Positions 12,776 through 24,854 of a stretch of 64,000 nucleotides of DNA are shown piece after piece. Under the pieces are notes generated by a model. That model was not told the DNA's origin. It did not search any database and saw nothing but the letters and a program-made list of their open reading frames with translations. The translations under genes were made by a program, and so were the position numbers. Position 1 is the first letter of the stretch. Each line of letters starts with the position of its first letter. This DNA is from Vicugna vicugna (taxonomy: Eukaryota): positions 1-64,000 of the forward strand of contig MU057615.1 in assembly GCA_013265495.1 (NCBI GenBank). Direction: 5' to 3'.

Positions 12776-12918
12776 TTTATTTTTTTTGAAGAGGGGAGGT
12801 AGTTAATTTTTTTTTTCCTTTTAAGTTTATCTTTTGTAATGGATGTCCTGGGGATTGAACCCAGGGCCTCACGCATGCTAGGCATGCGCTCTCACCGCTG
12901 AGCTACACCTCCCCTCCC
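12776..12918 (-). mobile_element. Camelid tRNA-derived SINE (Vic-1 type)
   Basis: Reverse complement GGGAGGGGAGGTGTAGCTCAGCGGTGAGAGCGCATGCCTAGCATGCGTGAGGCCCTGGGTTCAATCCCCAG has Pol III A box (TAGCTCAGCGG) and B box (GGTTCAATCCC) and an A-rich tail. 15-bp TSD AGCCCACACTCACTG (12747-12761 / 12920-12934). Confidence 0.9.
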
Positions 12919-14654
12919 TAGCCCACACTCACTGAAGGAGGGCGCGCACACGGCGTGCGTTCTGTGGGTCCGTGCGTTCTTGCAGTGCTCTTCCGTCTGC
13001 TGGACCGAAGCCTGTTTTCAGACATCCTCAACTGTTTCTGATCACTCTGGTAATTCTATTATTGGCAGGCGATTCAAGCTGCCCTTCTCAGAAGCAGGAA
13101 GAGTTTTCTAAATGTGTCGGGGAAACCGGAAAGATCAGAGGCAGAGAGTGGATATGCAGACCCCCTGGAGGGGAATCATTTGTCCATTTGAGGTGTGGGG
13201 GGCAGTGTCCAGGTTACACTTACACCATCTTCTCTGCGAAACAGAACATTTCTGCAGCGTCCCGACTGCAGTTTAAACCTTGCTTTGTGCCTTTAGTGCC
13301 AGTAGAAAAAGAGGCAGAAAATCTCTTGTGGGTGTTGCTTCCCATTGGTAACAAATGCATCGCTGCATTTGGTGCGGCGCAGGGGTTGATGTAGGTCAAT
13401 AGCGCGTAGTTACAACCCTCTGTCAGATGGTAAATACCTATTTTTCATTATTGAGAGTGGCTGAGGCCACGTATCACCTGTGACCATGTCATCCTTCCCT
13501 CCTCTGTTCCATCATACTACATCCTTGATGATGAATGGAACCGGTTTTAAAAGAAGTCTTTGTGGATAACAGCAAAACGTCTTCCCTGCATCTTTGGGAA
13601 TGGAATTGCACTTAGCAACAGTCTGAAGAGTTCATGGTCAATTCATATCCTTGTCCTTTCTTGTCTTAGAGATGAAGGTTGTGAATTTGCTGAAACTTTA
13701 AGGTTCAGGATAATTGGTATAAAGGTAGAAGCTAAAATCTGTTTCTGGTTGGCCTGGAGCAAGCTGTGACCTGGAGTCTCCTGGGAAGCTAGGAATGGAG
13801 TGACCAGGTAGGATGTGTTTATTTAATAAATAGGAGTCTTTGAAATAAGGCACTGAAGTAAATGTCTCAGTGATAAATGACCGTATTTTATTCTGAGTTT
13901 AGAGTAAGAGAGCTTCCCAATTAATTTTTCTTTGTATTCAGATCTTTCTGCTCAGTCTCCCCGTGGCTGGCTGCACCCAGCTTCACTTTGCAAATGCAGA
14001 TGAACCTGCGAGGCCCTTTGCCACCTTCTACCTCCAACCTCTGACCCGCCGTGGCACCGTCCTGGCTGCTGTAGTCTAACTTTTCTTCCGTCTGACTTAA
14101 CTTTTGAAAGATGTCTGATCTTGCATTCAAAATCTGAGCTCCTTTGTCTTCTAGGCAACCGTTTAGAGCAGAGGTAACCTGAAGTGGGAGACTGCCTGTG
14201 TTTCCGTCCCAACCCCTAGTCCCAACTAGTAGTAACTATTGTGGCATTGTCATTTTGACATGTGGCGTCGAAGCTTTCAGTAGCCAGTGGCATTTGGTGG
14301 CACTGCATTGGGCTGAGGCCACGGTGGGAATATTTCCATCCCTTTACCCCCTGAGCCCTCCCTGCCCTTTTTTCTCTTAGGCTAGTCTGCTTGGACAGAA
14401 TTGTGGGGAGGTGGGCCTGTGCTAAATATACAGTTTCTAATTCACTGCCCAATTGCTGCTTTTTGTCTTTGCTGCTGCAAACTTGAGTGTTCTTAATTAG
14501 GGAAGCCTATTTACCCAACCCAATTTGGTGCCAGAAGTTGATAAATCTCTGACTTGCAGTACTGTGTCCAGAAACATGATTGCTTTTCATTTGCTGGGCA
14601 GGCTGCACTGCGGGAAAGCCAGGGCAAACATTCCACGTCTTCCAGGTCTAGTGT

Positions 14655-15184
14655 TGTTACCAAGTCCAAATTCATTCTGCATGCTGCATGACAGGCCAAT
14701 AAATCGGTAGACGAGGTGTTGGGACAAAGAATAACGACTTTATTCGGGAAGCCAGCAGGGTAAGAAGATGGCTGACTAATGTCCTGGAGAACCATCTTCC
14801 CCAAGTCAGAATTCAGGCTCCTTTTATGCCAAAAAGTAGGAGCGGGTGTGCTTGGTTGTTGCAAACTTGGTGTAGAAATTCTTTGTTCTTGGAATCCTTT
14901 GTTCTTACAGCTGTCCACGTGGGTCAGATCACGGTGTCCCTGTAAACCTCCAACAAAACAAATGTTATTTTTCTATTCTGCAACTTGTTGTCTTTATATG
15001 ATGGAAAAGTGTTAATATTCTTAAAGGTCAAAGCCTTGAGAGTAGGCTGTCTATTTCAGGCTAAAGGCAACATCCCTTTACAAACGGTGCAGAACCAGCA
15101 AGACTAAGCCTAGAAGACAGGGCACAGGGTTAAAATCAAAAGAACAGATCCAATATGGAGTCAGCTTTGTTCTTTTCTAGTACA
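14655..15184 (-). mobile_element. ERV1 solo LTR, family A copy 3
   Basis: TGTTACCAAGTCCAAA...TACA, TSD GTGT/ATGT (1 mismatch), collinear with copy 1. Confidence 0.95.
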
Positions 15185-17269
15185 ATGTGGTGACAGAGAG
15201 TCGTCCTCTGCAAAGTAGTTCCCACTCTAAATATGCTGGAGACCTGTTTTCTGGAGATGCCAGAACCATCATGTTTGTAGTCAGTTCCGTATATTTACTC
15301 TGAATTTTGGTTGTTAAGGCATCACCTTCTTAAAGTATATCTCAGAGCTTGAGCAGCTTATTTGGGAGCTCTAGAATAAGTTTCCTGGTGAATAGCAATT
15401 GCATTTCTCTTTCACAGTTGTGGGAGCAAGGAGAAATAGTCTCGACACCTCCTCTCCGGCTGTACCAATTCATACAAATAAAAACCCCACCAAGTTTTCT
15501 CTGCCGGTGGGCCAGCCTCAGGGAGTAGGCAAGAAAGCTGGATCACATGTAATAAATCAGGACAGTGTTTAAGCCAGATGCAAAGCTGGACCTCAGTTCA
15601 TACAGCCTGGCTTTTCTCATCCTGCCCATAGAAATGCGAACCTATTGCAACAGTCCGTCTCCAGCCATGCTGTCTGTGATGACAGCTCCCTGCCTCTCCT
15701 TGTCTGTGTCCCAGAAGCCTAGATCCTTTCCTCATAAGCCTTCCTGAAGACTCTTACCTAAAGACATTATTTGTTTTTCATTTTGTAAATTGAATTCCTC
15801 CTCCCAATCCATTTTCTAATACTGTGAAGTAGATTAAGTTTGCCTTCATATCTTATCACCTTCTCTTGAAGCACCCTTCTTATTCTGGAAAACTCATTCA
15901 CAGCCAGCCAAGTATTCATCTTATTTTAGGATTCTATAAGACACTCAAAGTAAGCACTCAAATATCACCTCTCTCAGGGGACATGCTCATCAATTTCCAA
16001 GGACAGTTGTACCCTGTGGAGTGGAAGATGCGGGCTTCTGGTGGGTGTGAGAGAGGTGGCCAGGCAGGTTACTGACGCTGGCTGATTAACAACAAGGGAA
16101 AGAAAGTGCCAGGCTATTGAACAACAGGTTGTTTCTCTTACCCCACAGCTGGCTCCTTGGTTCCAAGGACACAGCCGTACAACAGGATGTTCTGTGTTGC
16201 ACCACTGCTGCATCAATTCCGAGGACATCCCCCAGGATCTCTTTCTTTGTTCTCTTTCCTGCTGAAGTTTCTGTTTTAGGGATGAGTTTTACAGGAGGAA
16301 GGAGTCTGTAACAAAAGGTGATTGGCACCACCAGAATGAAGATATGATGGCCAAACCTTCCAGTAAAGCCGTGTGGCCCCGTCAGGTTATGGAGCTCCCT
16401 CAACTGGCCACCTAAGCTGACGGCTCCCTGATCGAGCACTTTCTTTCCTTTTCCTCTTTGGAGTAGTAAGGCAGACTTTTGCTTTGTCCCTCTGCTTCTG
16501 CTGAGAATTCTTTCTCAAATGGAGGGCAAGGACCCACACATTTGGTGGGCTTTCCAACTGGGGGAGGTGGGCTGTGTCTGTGTCCAAAAACAGGTGGTTA
16601 GCCATCTCTGCAACAATCTACCCTTCTGGTCACTGAATAATTTTTGAAATGGAGAACAAACACATTCACCGCTGTCCGAAGCAGATAGCCACATTCCTGC
16701 CAATGACTGTGTCCAGCTCAGTATGCGGAGTGTTTGGACTGTTTGTCTAGTCTGGTGTGTCTCTGGGTCCAGAGATTGATGAGTCCTGCAAGGTCTGGGT
16801 CGTTGGACACACCCACCTATATGTCGGGGAGAAGCAGAGCCAGAACCATCTCATAAAAAAACACCTGTTGAGAAGTGAAGAAGGGTGCACACAACCAGCA
16901 CAACCACCATGAATCCGGCCTCAGGAGGCCCCACCTGGCAGATGCTGCATCTCTGCCCTGGTGAAGGAGAGAACCCGTGGCACTGGCTCTGCCTTCTGGA
17001 CGTGCCGCCTTGTCTGTGGTCCCCCAAGGTCTCAAGCCGGTTGGAGATCAGCAGGGTGCCTTCCTTGGGGTGGCGCGGCCTGAGCGCTTTGTTTCTGATT
17101 CGTGGTAGGTTCTTTGAAGCCATGTGAAACAAACTTGGTTGTTAAAATTAGTTTAAAGACAACAGTGTTGCCTGATCATCTATGAAGTCTTGAATCCCTG
17201 TGTTTGAGAATTATTACTAGATTATTTTTTGAAGTGAAAAGGTTTTCTTTATTGAAATGGTTTTGTTCT

Positions 17270-17780
17270 GGTTTTATTGAGACAGAATTGGCATAAAGCA
17301 CTGTATGAGTTTAAGGTGTACAGCATGATTTGACTTACATATGTGATGAAATGATTACCACAGCAAGGTTAGTGAACATTCACCATCTCATAGAGATACA
17401 AAATTAAAGAAAGAGGAAAAAAGGTTTTCCTTGTGATGAGAACCCTCTTAAAACCTTTCACATGTAACATACGGCTGTGCTAGTTTTCATTCATCACGTT
17501 GCATGTTGTATCACTTGTACTTCCTTACCTTGTCACTGGACGTTTGTGCCTTTCGACCACCTTCATCCAGTGACCCCTCTCACCACCCCCTGCATCTGGT
17601 AACCACAGATCTGATCTTTTCTTCTGGGAGTTTGTTTCTTTGACGTGTAATTGACCTACAGCACCATGTTAGTTCCTGTGATACAACATAGTGACTTGAT
17701 ATTTCTGTACATTTAAAAATGATCATCACTGTTGTCTACTCACAACATGTCACCATACGTAACAGACACCGTACATAACA
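17270..17780 (-). mobile_element. L1 (L1MA9-like) 3'UTR
   Basis: TTTATTGAG..GTTTAAGGTGTACAGCATG..AAATGATTACCAC..TGTGATGAGAAC, antisense L1 3'UTR. Confidence 0.85.
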
Positions 17781-18049
17781 TTCTGTGCGATGGTTTTAAG
17801 TTGCTGATCTCAAAGTTCACGTGCTTTTTAACAACACTGCGTTTTCGCTCCACCCATCCTGTTTACTGTTCTTACGTAATTTACATCTTTTTGTTTTTTG
17901 TGTATCCTTTAACTGCTGATTGTGCACATAGGTGACTTTACTACTTTTCTGTTTCTGCTTTCCTTCCAGCTTTGTGCATGGCTGGTGACTGCCTTTACTG
18001 GGCATGTGTCTTTACCAGTGAGATTTTCACTTTGGTCATTTGCATGTTT

Positions 18050-18950
18050 CTAGCTGGAGCCTTTTCTTCTTTGCTTACAGACGTCCCTTTAACATTTCTC
18101 GTAAAGCTGGTGTGGTGGTGCTGAATCTCTTTCAGATCTGAAGGAGAGCCTTGCCAGGTAGTGTGTTCTTGGTTGTAGCTGTTTCCCTTTCCCCACTTAA
18201 ATGTGTTGAGGCAGTCCCCTCTGGCCTGAAGAGTTTCTGCTGGAAAGTCAGCTGGAAGTCTCACCGCAGCGCGCTTGTGCACCACTTGCTGCTTTGAATG
18301 TTCTCTCTTCAGTTTTCATTTTTGCCATTTTATTTACAATGTATCTTGGTGTGGTCCTGGTGGGGCTGATCCTGTGGGTCTCTGCACTTCCTGGTCCTGA
18401 ATGTCTGTTTCCTTTCCAGGCTAGGGAAGTTTTCAGCTATTATGTCTGCAAGTATGTTCTCTGCCCTTTTCTCTCTCTCTCCTTCTGGGACCGCTATAAT
18501 GAGAATGTTAGCACCCTTGATGTTGTCCTGGAGGTCTCGTAAACTGTCCGCATTTATTTTTATTCTTTTTACCTCTCTCTGTTCTGCTGGGGTGATTTCT
18601 CCTACTCTGTCTCCCAGCTCACTGATCTGTTCCTCTGGATCATTTAATCTACTGTTGATTCCTTCTAGTGTCTTCTTCATGTTAGTTGTTGTATTCCTCA
18701 TCTCTGGTTCTTCTTCATGTTTCTAACTCTTTGGTGAAAACTCCTGACTTCTCACCCAGTGCATCCATTTGCCCCCACATTCTCTGAGCATCTTTATGAC
18801 CATTACCTTGAGCTCTTTACTTGGTAGGTTGTCTGTCTCCACTTCACTTAGTTCTTCTCCTGGGGTCTTTTCTTGTTCCTTTGTTTAGAGTGTGTTACCT
18901 CATTTTGCCTAATTTGGTGTTTTTATGTCTGAGTGTCTGGTAGGTTGATT
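18050..18950 (-). pseudogene. Frameshifted L1 ORF1p remnant
   Basis: Coiled-coil/RRM/CTD motifs of ORF1p split across frames. Confidence 0.85.
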
Positions 18951-19209
18951 ACGTTTTCCAAGCTTAGCGGAATGGCCTTTTTGTGGAAGACATCCTGTGT
19001 GTTTGAGCAGCACTGTCCCCTCTCGTCACCAGAGCAGAGTGCCCTAGGGCTGCCTCCCCAGTGGGCTGCGTGTTCCTTCTGCTGTGGTGGGCCGGGAGGC
19101 GTGGCTGGCCCCAGACTGGCTGGCTGGTTGTCAGGCCCTGCCTTGTTCAGAGGCTGCCATCTGTCAGTTAGCACGGCTGGGTCCCTAGGCAGCTGGCTGT
19201 GAAACACCA

Positions 19210-20075
19210 CCTGGCCCAGGGTTGGTGCTGGCTCGCTGGTGGGCAGTCAGGCACTGGGTTGGGTGACTGTGGGGCCTGGGTTCCCAGACCTGGTGTCTGC
19301 CTGATGGTGGGTGGGGCTGGTTTCTGAAATGGCTGGCTTTGGGTTCCAGGGTGTCCCAAGGCTGGTGCTGGCCTTGGTGAGTGGGGCTGCATTCTGGGGT
19401 GGCTGGCTGAGGACTCCAGGGTACCTTAGAGCAAGTGTTGGCCTGCTGGTGGGTGGGGCCAGTGCGTAGGGGGTCCCAGGGCTGGTGCTGGCTCATGGTG
19501 GGCAGACATTTCCTGGGGCCTCTGGCTACAAGGCCCTAGGGGTCCCAAACCTGATATAAGCCCACTGGTGGGTGGGACTGTTTCCAGGGCTGCTGGCTCG
19601 TGGGCCCAAAGTGTCCGAGGCTGGTGCTGGCCTGCGGGTATGTGGGCTGAGTCCTGACAAGGCCGTCTGCGTGGCTGCAGTGGTCCCGGGGCAGGGTCGG
19701 GTCGCAGCGGATCCTGGTGCTGGTGCCCCCCCCCCCCGTGGGAGGAGCTGAGGTCTGGGGCTAGTGCCAGGGCCCTGGCAGGCAGAGCTGGGTCCTGGAG
19801 TCTCTCACTGTAGGGCTCTGGCTGTCCCAAAGCCTGTGTCGGCGTGCTGCTGGGTGCGACTGGATCCCAGTGCAGCTGGCTGGGAGCCCCGGTGTCTCAG
19901 AGCTGATGCTGGCCTACTGGTGGGGGGGGGGCAGGGCCAGGACCGCAGGAGGCTTGTGGCCTCAGGGGGTCTTAGGGCAGCAGGCCTGCTGGTGGGCGGG
20001 GCTGTGTCTCTGCCCCGCTAGTTGCTTGTCCTCAGGTGTCCCTGTGCTGGTGCTGACGAGCTGGTGGGTGGTCCT
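19210..20075. repeat. Degenerate ~70-bp tandem array within L1 5'UTR (~13 units)
   Basis: CTGGTGCTGGC..CTGGTGGGTGGGG-like anchor at ~19222, 19290, 19362, 19432, 19482, 19551, 19621, 19720, 19761, 19833, 19903, 19975, 20047. Confidence 0.8.
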
Positions 20076-20689
20076 GGCTATCGGCATCAGTGAGCTCGAG
20101 GGAGGAATCCAGGCACCAGTGTCCACGTGGTAGAGCAGGCTCCCCAGAAAGGCTGCCACCAGTGTCTGTCCCCTCCAGCCTCTCCGGGAGACTCACCAAG
20201 ATCAGCAGGTGAGCCTGACCCGGACTCCTTCAAAATCAGTGCGTCTGCCCTGGGTCCTGGAGCGTGGGAGATTTTTGTGCACCCTTAAAGAGAGGGGTCT
20301 CTGTTTCCCACAGCTGTCACCCCCCACCCCTGCAAAGTGAGCCCCACTGGCCTTCAAAGCCAAATGTTCTGGGATCTCGTCTTCCTGGTGCAGGACCCCC
20401 AGGCTGGGGAAGCCCAACGTGGGGCTCGGACCCCTTGCTCCTTGGAGAAAACCTCCGCAGCTGTGAGCATCCTCCTGTCTGTGGGTCGCCCACCCGGGGG
20501 TGTGGGGCTTGACTGTGTGGAGTCTCCACCCCCGCCCCCCACCTGTGTCTTTCTGTATAATAATCTTTAGCTGTAGATCTTTCCTGCTCGTCCTCTGGTC
20601 TTTCTCATCCATAGCTGCTCTGCAAACAGCTGTCATTTTGATGTCCCTGTGAGAGATGAGCTCAGGGCCTTCCTACCTATTATTATTTT

Positions 20690-20940
20690 TTGATAGTGTT
20701 TTTAATTGAGATGTAAGTCGACATACAACATTTTTATCAGTTTCAGGTGTACATCATCTTGATTTGATATTTGTACACGTTGTATAATGATTAGCACAAT
20801 AAGTCCAGCCAGCATCTGTCACCCCACATAGTTACAGCTTTTTTCTTGTGATGAGAGCCTTTAAGGTCTGTGAGCAATTTTCAAATATACAGTACAGTAT
20901 TGTTCACTGTAGTCACCACGCTGTGCATTACAGCCCCTGG
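20690..20940 (-). mobile_element. L1MA9-like 3' end
   Basis: TTTAATTGAGATGTAAGTCGACATACAACA..GTTTCAGGTGTACA..TTGTGATGAGAGCCTTTAAG. Confidence 0.85.
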
Positions 20941-21135
20941 GGCAGAGGAATTCTTAATGGAATTTTCTTGTTCCACATCTTTAATAATTTTTCTTCCTAT
21001 CATTGAGTTCAGAAGCTCACAGTTTCACCTCCCTACAGGCTTCCACATTTGTGGATTCTCTTTCTCCTCTGCCATTTATTTCTGGTTTTGCCCAAGTCAG
21101 TATTTGCCTTAGCTCAGCTCTGTCTTACCATAGCT

Positions 21136-21570
21136 TGTCAGTTAGTGAGCTGTGTAGTTTTGTTACCACACACTCAGTGACTTGGAACTTCTGCATACTG
21201 AGGGACAGGAGCCCAGGCGAGATCAAGGTGTCAGCAGAGCTGGGTTCTCACCTTGCAGCTCGACTGAGGAAGACCCCACTCCCAAGCTCACATGGTTAAA
21301 ATTCACACACAGTTTCTTGCGAGTCATAGGCTGCTGTCAGCCCCCGCTGCGTGAACCCGTCCAGTGTGGCTGTTGGCTTCATCAGAGCCAGCCGAGGAGA
21401 GTGTCCCAGTGAGATGGACATGACAGCCATACAGCAGTGACTTCACTGTACCGCATGTTCTTTGTTAGAAGCAAGTCGCAGATTCTGCTTACACTCCAGG
21501 CTGAGGGATTACACAAGGACTTGGGAACTGGGAGGTGGGTGTAATTTCAGGTCATCCTCAAGCCTTTATG
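21136..21570 (-). mobile_element. MaLR LTR (MLT1E/F-like)
   Basis: AGATCAAGGTGTCAGCAGAGCTG, CTCCCAAGCTCAC, GTTAGAAGCAAGTC and GGGATTACACAAGG motifs; similar to 37871-38444. Confidence 0.75.
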
Positions 21571-21736
21571 GAGAACTGCTGTTTGTGAATGTAGCACTCA
21601 CTTTGCACAGCAAAACTCAAGGCAACTGTTAAATCCTTGTCTCACACGTAAGGACATGGAAGTTCAGATCGATTAGTAACCTAATAGTATAAGTGGTGTA
21701 GCAAGGGTTCAAGTCTAGTGTTTAGTGTAACAGTCT

Positions 21737-21740
<4 letters not shown>

Positions 21741-21776
<36 letters not shown>
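21741..21776. repeat. (TG)18 microsatellite
   Basis: Perfect TG dinucleotide run. Confidence 0.98.
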
Positions 21777-21777
<1 letters not shown>

Positions 21778-23168
21778 TAAAAGGAAGAGACAGGTAGAAG
21801 AAAGTGGAGCTGAAAAGATAGGTTTGGGTTGGTTTGTAAAGGACTTGGTTATCACACTGAGGCTTCATCCTGAAGTTTCAGGAGGAGCTGTTGTGGTTGA
21901 AAGGCTGAGAATATGTACCCGCTTCAGGCAGTCTTCAGTATAATCATAGTCCTACCTAGCAGCTCATGCGCAAAGTCGATATTAGAAAAAGATGTTTACT
22001 GATAGCAATGTGTGACTCCTAGATAATCAACTTCAAGTGAAGTTAAACCACTTTTAAAACCTCAGTTGGCTGTTCTGGTTAGTTTCTTCTCATTTGTTTA
22101 GAGTAACATCACTGGCTACTAATAGTACTTGAGGTTATGGAAAAACTATTTAGCAGAAAGACTGACTTCTTTTGTTTTGAGCAAAACATCTTTAAGTGTT
22201 TAGTAGGGTAGGTTTATGTTAATTTTAAGGCATATTAAAGTTTTAAAACAAATATATTTTACTTGCAAATAGTTAAGTGTGCAAGGCTATATCTTGATTG
22301 AGCAGCATCATGGGTTCCGGAGGAAGGAAACGGAATCCTTTGTACTTTGCTAGCCCAGCACCAAGGACAGGGCTCACCACAGAGCAGGAGCTCGATGCTG
22401 ATTTTCAGAAAAAAATGAGTTTTATAATCATTCTCAACCCTGTGCAAAAATGAAGGCAGTTCCCAGGAGATGACGGCTCTGGGCAGCCAGCGGGGAGCTC
22501 TTACTATGCTGTTTGTACAAGAAATCCCTTCTCTCCTCTGAGTAATTCATTGCAGATTAAAGAGTCAAACAATTCAAAACACAGAAGGTGAGCTGGAAGC
22601 AATGTTGAAAGTTACAGAGCTTAGAATATTTTTTTAAAGTCACATGATAGGGAAATGTCATCTTTGCCGTTCAAAGGATGTACATGTCATTTTGTTGAGC
22701 CTAGTTTTTTATGGAAGAGCCAGGCTGGCTTCTTGGTGGAGGTGATATTTGTGCTGGAAGGAAAAGTCCCTTGTCTGTCAGCCAGTGAATGACGCGAAGG
22801 ATTCCAGGCTAGGGGAGCCACGGTGCGAAGGTCCTGATGCAGGGGGTTGTCACTCAGATGTGTGTGTATCTGGTCTACCTTGTGCCACTCCCTTCAAGAA
22901 TGGAATGAGACTCCTAGAGTCTTTCAGTGTTTATTCAGCTTGGAGACCTTCTGCACTGAATGTCTTGGGCGTTTTTATCCTTGAGGGCTTTTCCTGGTCT
23001 GGAGCTGGCTAGTCTGAAGCCCTGGGATGCCTTTCTTGTAGACCCTGTCTGCATTGCCAGATCTGTCTTGGTTTCACAGGAACAATTGCTGGAACCACAC
23101 CGCTTTGTTCTTGTTGATTCCGCATGTTAGAACCGGACGGGCCTTGTAGAGGTTCCCCCTGGCCCTTC

Positions 23169-23610
23169 TGTGGGAGAGTGAAAACCAGCTCCACAAAAGA
23201 TACCACATCCAGCCCCTGGGTCCTGTGAACAGAGTTGCCTTATTTGTACAAAGGGCCCGTGATGATGGGGTTAGATTGACAGTCTTGAGGCGAGATCATC
23301 CTGGGTTACTGGGGGGGAGCTCCTAAATCGACTGAGAAGTGTGCTTATGAAAGGGAGGCAGAGGGGGATTTGAGACAGGGAGGGTATGGTGCGAAGAGGA
23401 GGCAGAGACTGGAGTGATGTGGCCACGAGCCGTGGAACCTGGCAGCTACCCTGCACTGGAAGAGGCAAGAGGGGGCTCTCCCCTTGAGCCTCTGCGGCAA
23501 GTGAGTCCCCGCCAACACCTGGATTTCAGACTTCTGACCTTTCTTCAGAAAGACCCTGTTGCTTTAAGCCATCCTGTGTGGCAGTCAGCAGTCACAGGAA
23601 GCTTCCTAAC
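23169..23610 (+). mobile_element. MaLR LTR (MLT1C/D-like)
   Basis: GAGATCATCCTGGGTTA..GAGGCAGAGACTGGAGTGATG..CTGGAAGAGGCAAG..CACCTGGATTTCAGACTTCTG..TTTAAGCCA. Confidence 0.85.
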
Positions 23611-23635
23611 TGGCAAATGAGAAAACTGATTTCAG

Positions 23636-24251
23636 TGACCCAGAAGTCATGGGCATGTGTCCAGAGGGAACCTTAGTTCAGAAAGACACCTGCACCCCAG
23701 TGTTCATAGCAGCACTATTTACAATAGCTAAGACATGGAAATAGCCTAAATGTCCATTGATAGATGACTGGGTAAAGAGGCTGTGGTATATTTATACAAT
23801 GGAATACTACTCAGCCACAAAAGTAATAAAATAATGCCATTTGCAGCAACATGCATGTCCCTGGAGAATGTCATTCTAAATGAAGTATGCCAGAAGGAGA
23901 AAGAGAAGTACCATTTGATTCATATGTAGAATCTAAAAAAAAAAAAAGACAAATGAACTTATGTATAAAACAGGAACCGACTCAGACATAGAATAGAGAC
24001 TTGTGGTTGCCAGTGGGGAGGGGATAAACTGGGAGTTTGAGATTTACAGATATTGCCTGGTGTATATAAAATAGATGAGCAAGTTTATACTGTATATATA
24101 GCACAGGGAAATATATTCAATATCCTGTAGTAGCTTATGAAACAGAATATGAAAACGAATATATGTAATTCATGGATGACTGAAGCACTGTGCTGTTCAC
24201 CAGGAATTGACACAGCATTGTAAACTGACTACACCTCAATTAAAAAAAAAA
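23636..24251 (+). mobile_element. Young L1 3' end with poly(A)
   Basis: ORF2 C-terminal and 3'UTR sequence, A-tail at 24242-24251, TSD-like CTGATTTCAG on both sides (23626-23635 / 24254-24263). Confidence 0.95.
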
Positions 24252-24854
24252 CCCTGATTTCAGAAGGTTCAGATGGCCGCCCCCCCATGGGCCTCCTCAC
24301 GAGGGTTTTCTTCCAATGAGCATCAGGACTGAAAGTCCCACGTGCACCCAAGGGCTGGCGCAGCCCCACGCGGGCTTGTTAGGTTCGTTCAGGCCCTGCT
24401 GCCTTTTCCAGAGCAGCTGTTCTCTCATTCTCTCATTATTATCTTTTTTCATCTCCTGTTCTATTCTGGAGTGCACTAATTTTAGAAATGCCAAGACAAA
24501 TAGGGAGTAATCTGCAAATGCCCCTTACGGCTTAATGGATTGTTTCCTGCGCTGACCTCTGTGGGCAGGTGGCAGCCGGCGGAAACCCGCGCATCCTCCC
24601 CGTGTTCTCCATGAGCCTTCCTTCCTGCTGCCTGTCAGCTTCCTGGACACTCTGAGGAAATTGGGGAAGAAGGAGAGGAACCGCTTGCTGAGGTGGCCAG
24701 TCATTTACCCAGCTGGGTCATGATCAGCCGATGTCTTCTCTTACTCAGCTGAAGACACCTCTGGAAACCAGAGGAAGGCATTTTCTCCCTTGTCCTAAGC
24801 AGTGTTTCAAGCTGAGTCCTGCGGGTCAGAGAGGAGATGAACTCTAGGGCTGAT

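Larger units (their letters stand above)
17781..20680 (-). mobile_element. L1 5' half: long GC-rich 5'UTR, decayed ORF1, inter-ORF region
   Basis: ORF 18330-18701 (LEGINSRLNDPEEQISELGDR...NILIIAVPEGEREK..IIAENFPSL) and ORF 17995-18285 (VRLPADFPAETLQARG) are L1 ORF1p. 5'UTR is homologous to 3715-4315. Confidence 0.92.

Noticed and set aside
12845..12918. tRNA gene
   Set aside because: A/B boxes belong to a SINE with A-tail and TSD, not a functional tRNA.
6031..15184. Paired LTRs as ends of a full provirus
   Set aside because: Each copy has its own TSD and the intervening DNA has no gag/pol/env, PBS or PPT.
19210..20075. CRISPR-like repeat/spacer appearance
   Set aside because: Eukaryotic L1 5'UTR; repeats are degenerate, linkers are related to one another, and there are no cas genes.
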